A DNA stretch of 64,000 nucleotides, from positions 265,776 through 329,775 of the forward strand of contig CAYSBJ010000001.1 of NCBI GenBank assembly GCA_964429275.1, given 5' to 3'. The translations under genes and the position numbers were made by a program. Positions 18,905 to 28,171 of the stretch are shown here, piece after piece. Within the stretch, counting starts at the first letter, position 1; each line of letters begins with the position of its first letter. The notes under the pieces are model-generated. The model ran no database searches and had not been told where the DNA came from. It worked only from the letters and a program-made list of their open reading frames with translations. This stretch comes from an uncultured Pseudomonadota bacterium. Lineage in GTDB: Bacteria > Babelota > Babeliae > Babelales > JAUPTZ01.

Positions 18905-20272
18905 ATGCTGCCAGAACAACTTACGTCGCTTGTTGCGCTCGAATCTATTATTGAGCAGGTCCTTGATCAAAGTTCTGCTCGGGGTGTTCAAGGCTGGGCA
19001 CAGATTTGTATGGCTCACCCTTCAGACATTGCCGATTTGATTGAGCACATAGCGCGCCAGCATCAACTTGCTTTGTTCACAAATTTGCCTCTTGAACTTG
19101 GGTCTCGAACGTTCAACCGTCTTTCACGGATGCTTCAGGCGGATATTCTTCTTCAGTTAAACAATGACCAGGCGGCGCATGTATTAAAGAATATGCATGC
19201 CGATATCCTTGTTGACCTGTTTGAGGAATTGGAAGATGAACAAGTAGAGCACTTTTTAAAGCTTCTCCAGAAAAAACAACGATCTCGTATAATAAGTCTT
19301 TTGAGTTTTGACCCAAAGTCTGCTGGCGGTATTATGAACAGCGATGTTTTGACATTACAGAGTGATCTTACGGTTAAAAATTGTATCAATATTCTTCAGC
19401 GACTTTCGCCACAACAAGAGGTTCGCTATCGGGTTTATGTGACAGATAAGGACAATATTCTTGTTGGCCATATAACTTTGGACAAGCTAGTTTTGAATAA
19501 GCCTGAGACGCCTATTACTACGCTTATGAGCAAAAATGAGTTAGTCATTAATGCTTATGAAGATCAGGAAGAAGCGGTGAAAAAGATGACCCACTATGGT
19601 GTTCTTTCTTCGCCGGTGGTTGATGGGTATAATCATTTTCTTGGTATTATTACCGGTGATGATGTGGTTACTGTGATGGAAGAAGAGGCGAGCGAAGACG
19701 TATATCGTATGTCTGGTGTTGGCCACATTGAGCGCTCCTACTTTGAAACATCAACAAGTATGATGTTTTTTGAGCGGAGTAAGTGGCTTATTGGCCTATT
19801 ACTTCTCCAGAGTGTTTCTAGCGTTATTATGCGGCAGTATGAGAAAACTCTTGAAGAAAACGTTATTCTTACCCTCTTTTTGACTATGCTTGTTGGTACA
19901 GGCGGAAATGCTGGTAATCAATCAGCGACGCTTGTTATTCGTGGGTTATCTACTGGTGAAATCGGTCGTAAACGTCGGTTTTCATTGATAATGCGTGAAT
20001 TTTTATTGAGCTTCTTTATTGCTTCTTTGCTTAGTATTGTTAGCTTTTGCCGTGTTTGGATCATGCATGGTGATTTGGCGGCGGCTTTTGCAATTGGTGT
20101 TTCCTTGTTTTCTATAGTGTGTGTTTCGATGTTGCTTGGAACCCTTATCCCGCTAACATTACATCATTTTAAAATTGACCCGGCCCACTCGGCGGCTCCA
20201 TTTCTAGCGACCTTGATGGACGTTATCGGTATTTTGATTTACTGCTCCGTTTGTAGCTATCTTCTAGGTTGA
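18905..20272 (+). CDS. mgtE: Magnesium transporter MgtE
   Basis: N domain (HPSDIAD), CBS pair (SAGGIM), TM motifs GGNAGNQ and DPA..APF..T..D..G. Confidence 0.93.
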   Translation: MLPEQLTSLVALESIIEQVLDQSSARGVQGWAQICMAHPSDIADLIEHIARQHQLALFTNLPLELGSRTFNRLSRMLQADILLQLNNDQAAHVLKNMHADILVDLFEELEDEQVEHFLKLLQKKQRSRIISLLSFDPKSAGGIMNSDVLTLQSDLTVKNCINILQRLSPQQEVRYRVYVTDKDNILVGHITLDKLVLNKPETPITTLMSKNELVINAYEDQEEAVKKMTHYGVLSSPVVDGYNHFLGIITGDDVVTVMEEEASEDVYRMSGVGHIERSYFETSTSMMFFERSKWLIGLLLLQSVSSVIMRQYEKTLEENVILTLFLTMLVGTGGNAGNQSATLVIRGLSTGEIGRKRRFSLIMREFLLSFFIASLLSIVSFCRVWIMHGDLAAAFAIGVSLFSIVCVSMLLGTLIPLTLHHFKIDPAHSAAPFLATLMDVIGILIYCSVCSYLLG

Positions 20273-20361
20273 GTGTTGCGGCAAGCTGCTTTACAGGAGC
20301 GAGATTCGTGATATAGAATCACAGACGATTGGTTATCTAATTCTCGGAAAGATAAAAAAAT

Positions 20362-21144
20362 ATGAAAAAGTCTTTGTTTATTGCACTTATTGGTGTTGGC
20401 CTTGCGCTTGGCGGATGCGGCAAGAAAAAAGAGGAAGCAGCAAAAGTTGTTGCGGCCGATGCGTTAGAGCGTAAAAAAGAGTTAGCGGCAAATATCTTTA
20501 CTGCTGTTAACAAGCGCGATTACGAAAACGCGCAACGCATGATTAGTGATTTTATTGACCTTTACCCAGGGGATTCAGAGATCCCTTCTTTCAAACTCAT
20601 GATTGCCGACGTGAAGTATGAACAAGAAAAATTTGCTGAAGCGTATGAAGCGTACCAGCATTTCCAAGAATATTATCCTGCTGATCAGCATGCAGAGTAT
20701 GCAGCATACAAGTCGGCGCATGCAAAATTTAATCAAGCAAATCATGTTTCTTGTGATTCAACTCCGATTGAAAAGACGCTTGAGCTTTGCCGCTCCTATC
20801 TTTTCCGTAAAGATTACCTCCGCTACCGCCCTCAGATGGAAGATTTAGCGCGTACGTGTGAGCGCAATCTTTTGGACAAGGAGCTCTATGTAGTAAATAG
20901 CTACATGACACAAAACCGCTTTGCTTCAGCACGTCATCGTTTGGCAAGCATTGCTGAGCGCTTTGATCTTTCCATGGAAGGCAAAGCCCACTACCTTTAT
21001 TGCAAGGCAAAACTTGCAAAAGCGGAGAATAATGAGGGTGAATTGGCAGCAGCAATGGATGATCTTCATACTGGCTTTAAGCAATCTCAATTTACTGCGA
21101 TGGCTGACCGTCTCGTGAGCAAGAAATCGGTTTTATTTGGTTAA
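20362..21144 (+). CDS. TPR lipoprotein, BamD-like
   Basis: Lipobox LGGC; TPR motifs (F...YP.....EYA.Y) and ...KEL.V..Y.....F..A..R as in BamD. Confidence 0.7.
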   Translation: MKKSLFIALIGVGLALGGCGKKKEEAAKVVAADALERKKELAANIFTAVNKRDYENAQRMISDFIDLYPGDSEIPSFKLMIADVKYEQEKFAEAYEAYQHFQEYYPADQHAEYAAYKSAHAKFNQANHVSCDSTPIEKTLELCRSYLFRKDYLRYRPQMEDLARTCERNLLDKELYVVNSYMTQNRFASARHRLASIAERFDLSMEGKAHYLYCKAKLAKAENNEGELAAAMDDLHTGFKQSQFTAMADRLVSKKSVLFG

Positions 21145-22007
21145 TTCTCCATTTTTTCTAATTCTCTAAATTCATCGTTGCGTGTCTTGAGGTAGTTTTG
21201 AGTTCGCATGATTGCTTCAATCCCGAATAGTTCATTTGGGTTAGGGGTGAATTGTGGTTTTTTATTTCGCGAGAGAGCGGGAAAGAAATCTTCTCGAGCT
21301 TGTTCGCTGTTGTGAAAAGAAGAGATTCGTTGGAAGCTAAACCCGACGTATTTTTTTGTCAGCCAACGATAAAATAGCACTGCGTAGATACTGCTGCTTA
21401 TGCCGCAGGCAAACGGAACAAGATATTTTTCATGCCCTTCTTGTTTTGCACAATAGTAGGTGAGCCCTGCAGTTGCTGCCGTAATGAGTGGTAGAGTTAA
21501 GATGAATCCGGTTTTTTGTGCACTGTGCGCTTTGAGATGCTGTGAAAACTGAAAAATTGTCGCTTGAATACGGCAAATGGCTTGTTCTATATACCGTTCA
21601 AAGACTCGCGTTGAGAGCGATGCTACCGTGCCGGGGTGAAGGAGAATCGCGCTTGCGGTGTTGAAGGTGCATACTTTGATATCGATGTTGTTGGGGCTTT
21701 GGTCGCATGCTAGGAAAAGCTGTGGCTTTTCAATGCCTTGTTCCATACTTATTTTACAAAGTAACTCATGGAGCTGTGGACATGCTTCGATGGTAAGGCG
21801 GCGAATTGGCTGTGAGTATGGCATGGTGGCATAGCTAAAAACATCAAAAAAAACTTTTTCTAAGCTGTTTTGTGGGCAGAATGATTCCCCTGAGCTAACG
21901 CTAGTTAATTGTTGTTTGATTTCGGTGTTGTAGATACTTGTTGTGGTTGACATTATAGTAGTAGCTGCACAGAGTAGTCCGCAGGTGGTATATATGGCTA
22001 TGCGCAT
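21141..22007 (-). CDS. Hypothetical membrane/exported protein
   Basis: 288 aa, SD aagga, signal-like N-terminus, two internal hydrophobic helices. Confidence 0.65.
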   Translation of the reverse strand: MRIAIYTTCGLLCAATTIMSTTTSIYNTEIKQQLTSVSSGESFCPQNSLEKVFFDVFSYATMPYSQPIRRLTIEACPQLHELLCKISMEQGIEKPQLFLACDQSPNNIDIKVCTFNTASAILLHPGTVASLSTRVFERYIEQAICRIQATIFQFSQHLKAHSAQKTGFILTLPLITAATAGLTYYCAKQEGHEKYLVPFACGISSSIYAVLFYRWLTKKYVGFSFQRISSFHNSEQAREDFFPALSRNKKPQFTPNPNELFGIEAIMRTQNYLKTRNDEFRELEKMEN

Positions 22008-22164
22008 GGTAGGTCCTTTTGTATCGGTTGCGCGGGTTACTCATATGTACCGTTTCACGGCGCATAAAAACAAGAGTTGTTTGTTGCCTTTTTTCCTGCG
22101 ATGTTGCTACTTTTCATCGCAACATCGCGTGGCATGTATCAACCTGATTCAGAAAGGTGATCGC

Positions 22165-22524
22165 ATGCATATACGACAAAAGGTAGGGTCTCGCGGAGAA
22201 TCCCTGGCGGTTAATTATTTGATCGACCGTGGCTACACACTCGTTACTAGTAATTTTTTGATACACCATGTGGGCGAGATTGATCTCATTATGAAGCAGC
22301 AAAATGTTCTGGTTTGTGTAGAAGTCAAAACGCGCTACAGCACTACGGTGCCGTTTGAGTTTTTGGTGCCGCGCTCGAAGCAGCGCAAAATTATTACCAC
22401 GGCAAAGTTCTTTGTTCAGCGGCAACAGGCGCATGATTTTGTGGTCCGATTTGATGTGGTTTTTGTGGATCTGAGTGGCGGCGAGCCGGTTATAACCCAT
22501 GTTCCGAATGCTTTTGGGGCGTAG
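22165..22524 (+). CDS. yraN: YraN (UPF0102) family protein
   Basis: G..GE..A..YL...GY, GEIDLI, VEVKTR, RFDVV, ends H.PNAF. Confidence 0.92.
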   Translation: MHIRQKVGSRGESLAVNYLIDRGYTLVTSNFLIHHVGEIDLIMKQQNVLVCVEVKTRYSTTVPFEFLVPRSKQRKIITTAKFFVQRQQAHDFVVRFDVVFVDLSGGEPVITHVPNAFGA

Positions 22525-22563
22525 AGTACTCGGGCATTGTATATTCCATTAATAAGGATTCGT

Positions 22564-23577
22564 ATGATAGATAAACAATCTTTTTCAGACCAACGTATTA
22601 CTGCTTGTTTAAGTTCTGAGTACGGTATTAAGGTTGAAATTCTCACGTTCCTTCCTTTAGGTGCCGATATCGATGCATCAGTATATAGAGCTCAGGCGTA
22701 TGATCATTCATCGTATTTTGTAAAAATCAAACGAGGTCATCATCATGATATGGGGACGGTCATCCAACTACTGCTGCACGATGTGGGCGCGCCAGGGATT
22801 ATGGCTCCTGTAAAAACAGCCAAGGGCCAGCCAACGTATCACATTGACGATTTTACTCTCATGGTGTATCCGTTTATTGAGGGCCAAGACGGCTTTAGCC
22901 GTAACTTGACCAACGATCAATGGGTTACGCTGGGCGCAGCATTAAGACAGCTTCATGGATTTGATCTGTCTCCATTAATCAAAAATCAGATTAAGCGAGA
23001 ATCGTATTCACCGAAATGGCGCGATGCGGTTCAATCAATCTATGATCATATTGATGCGCAGTCAGAAATAACTGATGAGACAGCTTTAAAGTTGTTAGCA
23101 TTCATGCAAGAGCGCAGAGAGCCAATTCAACGCTTAGTAAATCGTGCCGAACAATTAGGGGAGGCGATTTCGAAGCAATCTCCTGAATTCGTGTTGTGTC
23201 ATGCTGATATTCATGGCGGAAATGTTTTAATAGCCAGCGATGGTGCTCTTTACATAGTAGATTGGGACCAGCCTATCATGGCCCCCAAAGAGCGAGACCT
23301 CATGTTTATTGGGGGCGGTGTCGGTACCATTTGGAATGATCCACATGAAGAAGAGTTTTTCTATAAAGGGTATGGAAAAACTGAGATCAATAGGGAAATT
23401 CTTGCGTATTACCGATATGAACGAATAGCGGAAGACATTGCCATCTACAGTCAGCAATTGCTTTTAACCACAGATGGTGGCAGTGATAGAGCGGAGATGT
23501 ATCAACAGTTCATAAGTATGTTTGAACCCCGAGGTGTTGTAGACATCGCGTTCGAAACAGATGCTATAGCCAAATAA
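22564..23577 (+). CDS. Aminoglycoside phosphotransferase, APH(9)-I (spectinomycin kinase)-like
   Basis: Brenner motif LCHADIHGGN, IVDWD and APKERDLMFIGGGVG, E.YSPKWR and YYR.ERI.EDIA.Y blocks match recalled Legionella APH(9)-Ia motifs. Confidence 0.82.
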   Translation: MIDKQSFSDQRITACLSSEYGIKVEILTFLPLGADIDASVYRAQAYDHSSYFVKIKRGHHHDMGTVIQLLLHDVGAPGIMAPVKTAKGQPTYHIDDFTLMVYPFIEGQDGFSRNLTNDQWVTLGAALRQLHGFDLSPLIKNQIKRESYSPKWRDAVQSIYDHIDAQSEITDETALKLLAFMQERREPIQRLVNRAEQLGEAISKQSPEFVLCHADIHGGNVLIASDGALYIVDWDQPIMAPKERDLMFIGGGVGTIWNDPHEEEFFYKGYGKTEINREILAYYRYERIAEDIAIYSQQLLLTTDGGSDRAEMYQQFISMFEPRGVVDIAFETDAIAK

Positions 23578-23593
23578 GTAGACAGCGGTAGTT

Positions 23594-23660
23594 GTCATTG
23601 CGAGGAACGAAGCAATCCAGCTAAGTAATTCTTGGATTGCCGCGCTTTGCTCGCAATGAC
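23594..23660. repeat. Full REP-like inverted repeat (gtcattgcgag...gcaatcca / tggattgc...ctcgcaatgac)
   Basis: 11-bp terminal IR gtcattgcgag/ctcgcaatgac plus inner gcaatcca/tggattgc; lies between convergent genes. Confidence 0.85.
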
Positions 23661-23737
23661 CCGCAAGGCGGGTCTTAGGAATAAACAGCTTAAAGCGTGT
23701 TGGCGATAACCTACGAAAAACAGATAAGCTGTTAGAT

Positions 23738-24106
23738 TTACTCAGTAATAAGGTCAAAATCAACTTGCAACGCTTTGGCAATCGCTTTAAGCACCTTTGT
23801 AGTGCCGGTGCGGTCATCTTTTTCTAATTGCGAAATGTATTGTTTTGAAGCGTTTACCATCTCTGCCAATGCAGTTTGGGAGAGGTTGCGGTATTCGCGA
23901 AAAGCTGTAATGGGGTTTTTGCCGTGACTAATTTCACTGATGAGTTCGAGAGGAAAGCCTTCTTCATTTGCTTCCCTGCTTTTTCTTGCGTCTTCAATGT
24001 CTTCAAGGTCTTCAAGACGTTCGAGAATTTCATTGTACTGCTTGATGGGTAATAGCACGTATTCAGGCAGTTTTCCTTTGTAGATTATTTGAGGATTGAG
24101 TTTCAT
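23738..24106 (-). CDS. XRE-HTH antitoxin (HigA-like)
   Basis: N-terminal P..V.LP...Y...LEDLED and C-terminal HTH (REYRNLSQTALAE...SKQYISQLEK); translationally coupled to an upstream RelE remnant. Confidence 0.85.
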   Translation of the reverse strand: MKLNPQIIYKGKLPEYVLLPIKQYNEILERLEDLEDIEDARKSREANEEGFPLELISEISHGKNPITAFREYRNLSQTALAEMVNASKQYISQLEKDDRTGTTKVLKAIAKALQVDFDLITE

Positions 24107-24365
24107 CTGTAAGCTCCTTTTTTGTGCGCAATTTTTACTACTCTTATCACGAGTATATCATTTTCAATGCCATAAATAATTTGATAGTTACCCTGGCGAA
24201 GTCTGTAGAGTCCATCAGAATCGGTCATTTTTTGACGTTATTATTAGGTGCATACGGATTTGCTGCTAACAGGGATAGTTTTTCCTTAATCAGATCTTGC
24301 GTGGCTAAAGGCAAGGAAAGGAGAGACTTAGATGCTTTTGGTAGGATTATGACTCTCTACTTCAT
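24103..24365 (-). pseudogene. RelE/ParE-family toxin pseudogene
   Basis: Manual translation: MK*RVIILPKASKSL...NPYAPNNNVKK [frameshift at T6 24228-24233] MTDSDGLYRLRQGNYQIIYGIENDILVIRVVKIAHKKGAYR*; ATGA overlap with the antitoxin. Confidence 0.85.
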
Positions 24366-24398
24366 GTCAACTAACATAGGGAAAAACCAAGCGGGCTA

Positions 24399-25703
24399 TC
24401 AACTATTGGTTGTCAAGGTCTTGGTTTGCCGGCGTTTAAATAAGAAGTAAAAAGGGATGCCACTGATGGTAAAAAGTGTCGAAACCATCATCGTTGTTAG
24501 GGTTGCTTGAGAGATAATCCACATGCAGAAAAGGGTTGCTATGGCTGTTATTACCAGAGTGAGGTATGAACATCGCTTTTTTCTGCTAAGTACTAGTAAG
24601 GCCAGGCAGCAACTGAGATAGACGAGCAAGAATGAAACAACCGAAACATCAATAATGGCGGCAACTTGTTCATGGAGGCTTTTTGTGCTTAGCATGGCAA
24701 GGAGTGGCGTGATGCCAAGGCCGCTGATGATGAGTCCCCACCACGGAGCTCCTTCTTTTGTTTCGCGGCAAAAGAATTCGGGAAATAAGCCGGCTTTACC
24801 AAGACCATATGCAATTTGACCACTGGTGAGTGTCCAAGCGTTGAGGGTGCTGAGGCATACAATGGAAGAAATGATGGCAATCCATATTCCCCAGTTGCCG
24901 CCAAGGGCTGCTTGCGCGGCATCGACATACGGCGCAGCTGAGGTTGCAAGTAAGTGACCGGGTACCGCTCCCATGATACTAATACTGTTGAACAGATAGA
25001 GGAGGGCAACGCAGCTGGTACCAATGATGAGTGCCAGTGGAATAGTTCGTTGTGGATTTTGTACAAGACCGGCAGGTGCGGTTGCTGATTCAAGGCCAAT
25101 AAATCCCCAAAAAGTTATAAGTACAATGCGACTGAGGAGTGTATGGAGTGGAAGTGCTGCTACTTCACTGCTTGTTATTAAGTTGGCGATGTTGTAATGC
25201 GGCAAAATAAGAAGTGGCAGGGCAATGAGCGGAATGAACTTGAGGATGGTCAGAAAGAACTCAGCCTTGCCTACTATGTGGGCGTTACGCAGATTAATGG
25301 CGGTTACTGCGATGAGGAGCAGGAGCTGCAGCATAAAGTAGGAAAGTGCTGAATCGATGCCAAGTACGGGGCGCAAGTAGCCGACGCACGCTGCAAATAC
25401 TACGGTCGTACTGACCCAGGAGATGAGCCAATATGTCCAGCCAACAAAGAAGGCGGCGCTGGGCCCGAATGCTTTTTGAACATACACATGAGGACCGCCG
25501 GTCTCTGGATAGCGAGAGCAGAGTTGCCCAAAGACGTAGGCGAGTGACATTGCTCCCAGACCAGAAAGGATCCATCCGAGGAAGGTGTAGGCTCCAAACG
25601 GGGCAAGGGTGGTTGGTAAAATAAAGACGCCAGAGCTAATTTGGCTGCCAGTGACGAGTGCGAGGACGGGCCAGAAGCCGATTTTTTTTGCGGTGGTATT
25701 CAC
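24399..25703 (-). CDS. APC-family amino acid permease
   Basis: About 12 TM helices; GSQISSGVF.LP, P.TGG..VY...AFG, WGFIGLE, V.NP.RTIP.A. Confidence 0.92.
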   Translation of the reverse strand: MNTTAKKIGFWPVLALVTGSQISSGVFILPTTLAPFGAYTFLGWILSGLGAMSLAYVFGQLCSRYPETGGPHVYVQKAFGPSAAFFVGWTYWLISWVSTTVVFAACVGYLRPVLGIDSALSYFMLQLLLLIAVTAINLRNAHIVGKAEFFLTILKFIPLIALPLLILPHYNIANLITSSEVAALPLHTLLSRIVLITFWGFIGLESATAPAGLVQNPQRTIPLALIIGTSCVALLYLFNSISIMGAVPGHLLATSAAPYVDAAQAALGGNWGIWIAIISSIVCLSTLNAWTLTSGQIAYGLGKAGLFPEFFCRETKEGAPWWGLIISGLGITPLLAMLSTKSLHEQVAAIIDVSVVSFLLVYLSCCLALLVLSRKKRCSYLTLVITAIATLFCMWIISQATLTTMMVSTLFTISGIPFYFLFKRRQTKTLTTNS

Positions 25704-25885
25704 GGGATAAATTCCTCATGTTCGGGGACAAGCATATATGATCATTGAGCTTTAGAGATTTATTGGCACAAGATCAACATTTATTAAGGTTTTTGCGCGG
25801 ATAGTGTGCAGATAAATTGGCGTTGGCGCAAGTGCTCGTTGCATTTGGTGTGAAAATCTTTATACTTTCGGCCACTGATTTTAAT

Positions 25886-25975
25886 GGAGAGATGGCTGAG
25901 TGGTTGAAAGCGCTCGTCTCGAAAGCGAGTATACCTTAACGGGTATCGTGGGTTCAAATCCCACTCTCTCCACCA
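25886..25975 (+). tRNA. tRNA-Ser(CGA)
   Basis: Acceptor GGAGAGA/TCTCTCC, anticodon arm ctcgt-ctCGAaa-gcgag, long variable arm, GGTTCAAATCC, encoded CCA; discriminator is A. Confidence 0.96.
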
Positions 25976-26155
25976 CCCTCCTTCGCCACACTGCCGGGCG
26001 TTAAGCCCGACAGGTGGTCTACGGCGTGGCGGGCCTTTTAAAGGCATGATACCGCCGTAGAACTAACCACCGGCAGTGTGCAGCGTAAGCGCTGGGCGCT
26101 AGAGCGATGCGAAGAGGTTGTCACGCCATAGTCCTTGACGAGGCGACAGCGGACT
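25976..26155 (+). repeat. Structured tRNA-3'-associated element, copy 1
   Basis: Multi-stem element homologous to 50319-50490 (shared tgtcacgccatagtcc, ctacggc/gccgtag, cagtgtg, gcgatgcga, ggcgac.gcggact). Confidence 0.8.
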
Positions 26156-26205
26156 AAAAACAAAATTAATTTACAGGCGAAACTCCTTTTCCACAAAGCT
26201 CCATC

Positions 26206-26766
26206 ATGCTTAATCTCAAACCCTCAGTAGCTCTCGTGTATTCTCTCGCTGCCGGCCTTACGCCGTTTGATGCTTTGGAAAAAGAGCATGTCGACGATGC
26301 GTTGGCGTGGATTGCTAGCGGGGCGCCCATTTTTAGAACGGCAAAGCCTGATGTACCACCAAAACACTTAGTTTCTTATTTTTTGCTTTTTGATGAGACA
26401 GCAAGGAAGATCCTGCTGGTTGACCATAAAAAAGCACAATCATGGCTGCCATCTGGGGGGCATGTTGAGCCAGATGAAGATCCCAAAGAGACGGTGCGTC
26501 GCGAGTGCGAAGAAGAATTGTTTGTTTCCGCTGAGTTTTGGCGAGAAGAGCCGTTATTTTTAACCTCCAGAGTTACCATTGGGCTTACGGCTGGGCATAC
26601 TGATGTTACTTTTTGGTATGTACTTAAGGGAGATTCGCAGAAAGAGTATGCTTTTGATGCTGAAGAATTCAACGCTATTCAATGGTTTGGATTTGATGAA
26701 GTTCCGTATGATAAGGCTGATCCGCATTTAGGTCGGTTTCTGGAAAAGCTGAAAGCCATTATATAG
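26206..26766 (+). CDS. NUDIX hydrolase
   Basis: Nudix box GGHVEPDEDPKETVRRECEEEL. Confidence 0.9.
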   Translation: MLNLKPSVALVYSLAAGLTPFDALEKEHVDDALAWIASGAPIFRTAKPDVPPKHLVSYFLLFDETARKILLVDHKKAQSWLPSGGHVEPDEDPKETVRRECEEELFVSAEFWREEPLFLTSRVTIGLTAGHTDVTFWYVLKGDSQKEYAFDAEEFNAIQWFGFDEVPYDKADPHLGRFLEKLKAII

Positions 26767-26970
26767 CTATGAAGTTGCCCTCTAGCTGACGAAGTCCGTC
26801 AGCGCCGCATGGCCGAGTGCTATAAGGTGAAGGCGGATTGTCTTCTTTCTATTTCTTGCTGATTTAATTGTATTGTCACAGGCAATAAAAATACGTTGGT
26901 GTCAAAAAAAATAGTTAATAGTGAAGTAAGGTCTCGATGCATAAACGTACAGCAAGAGCTTATTGCTTCA

Positions 26971-27933
26971 TTAGTGTTTTGTGTTCACTTTCAATAGGCT
27001 TCTCTGCTTTTTTTCAAAGTCAGGCCCGAAGCATCTGATACATATTTTCTCGAGCTCGTTAAGCGTGCGAATGAGATTGCTACATTCCTCTATTTCAGGA
27101 AACGGCGTGATAACGTGCTTCAGTGATTGGAGCTGTACGTATTTTTCTTTTGCGTTTTTTTTAAAGTCAGCAAAGAGTTTTGCAATAGCATGCTTTGTGC
27201 TTTTTGGATACCATTCTTTTTCTAGGGAGGGCGGCGTCGTTATGTTGCTTCCTGTAATGAGATAGTTTTGAATTTCCGTTCTTTTTTTTTGAGGCACTTT
27301 GTACTTCCCCTTGTTCGTAGTCAGTGTGCTTTTAATCTGAGCGAGAGCGGTTGTGGCAAGAGCGGAAAATCTTTCTGCAAGCGTGGAGGCCACGTACGTA
27401 GTGAGGCCAGAGATCATTATAAGATTACGGGTATGCCGACGTTGATTTTCAGCGTAGGCAGAAAATACTGTTGTTCCGGTGGCTTTTTGGTGTTTTTGTA
27501 TGAGCTCCTCCAGACTTTTTAGTTCTGTGTTGACCTTGTGGATAATAGTGTATGGTTCTTTTTTTTCTTCCTCAGACATTATACTTTTATATTCTTCGGC
27601 ACAGCTCGTGGCGAGAGGATCGAGGGCTCCCATTTGCCGTTGCTGAGCAAGAACTTCTAAATTTCTAGAGAGGGGGGCGAGGGTTGTGAGTTTTTTCTTT
27701 ATTGCGCTCAGTGTTGGATCGGCCTCAACTTGGCTAGCGTAGAGCCCAAAGGGGTTGTTATAGCCCATCATAGGCGTGGCTGCCTGGTTTGGTATCATGC
27801 CTGGATATTGTTGGGATACATTGCTAAAAAAAGCAGGGTTTATATAAGGATTGTTCTGTGGCATAGTCATAGCAAGGCAGTTGCCACCTGCGAGCAGGGT
27901 GATGGTGAGAATATGCAATAATCTGTCTTTCAT
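26971..27933 (-). CDS. Hypothetical exported protein
   Basis: 320 aa, signal peptide (..NCLA|M), Met/Pro/Asn-rich start, then a Lys-rich helical region. Confidence 0.7.
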   Translation of the reverse strand: MKDRLLHILTITLLAGGNCLAMTMPQNNPYINPAFFSNVSQQYPGMIPNQAATPMMGYNNPFGLYASQVEADPTLSAIKKKLTTLAPLSRNLEVLAQQRQMGALDPLATSCAEEYKSIMSEEEKKEPYTIIHKVNTELKSLEELIQKHQKATGTTVFSAYAENQRRHTRNLIMISGLTTYVASTLAERFSALATTALAQIKSTLTTNKGKYKVPQKKRTEIQNYLITGSNITTPPSLEKEWYPKSTKHAIAKLFADFKKNAKEKYVQLQSLKHVITPFPEIEECSNLIRTLNELEKICIRCFGPDFEKKQRSLLKVNTKH

Positions 27934-28171
27934 ATGCCTGATCCGTTAGTAAATTACCTGTCTGAAATGTTAACGTATGCTTTTAGTATGAGCTATAAAA
28001 GCTTTTATTTGTAAGCTTTTATAATTTAATTATTGAGTCTTCTATTTACAAATGCTCCTCGTAGTATTGCTCTGCTTATCATATGCAGGGCTCTTTGAAC
28101 GAGGTCTATTTGTGCGTCTAGCCGACTTTTGTGGTATTCTCTCCACCTTCAACAATTTTAAAAGGGGTGGT

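Noticed and set aside
24124..24450. 108-aa plus-strand ORF
   Set aside because: Lies antisense to the RelE pseudogene and the permease end, with no motifs.
26119..26155. Trailer 3' module as a theta/HDV-like ribozyme
   Set aside because: A pseudoknot is conceivable, but I cannot find the P1.1, P4 or J4/2 catalytic-C layout, and the module is not positioned to cut at the tRNA 3' end. It is left as an untested possibility only.
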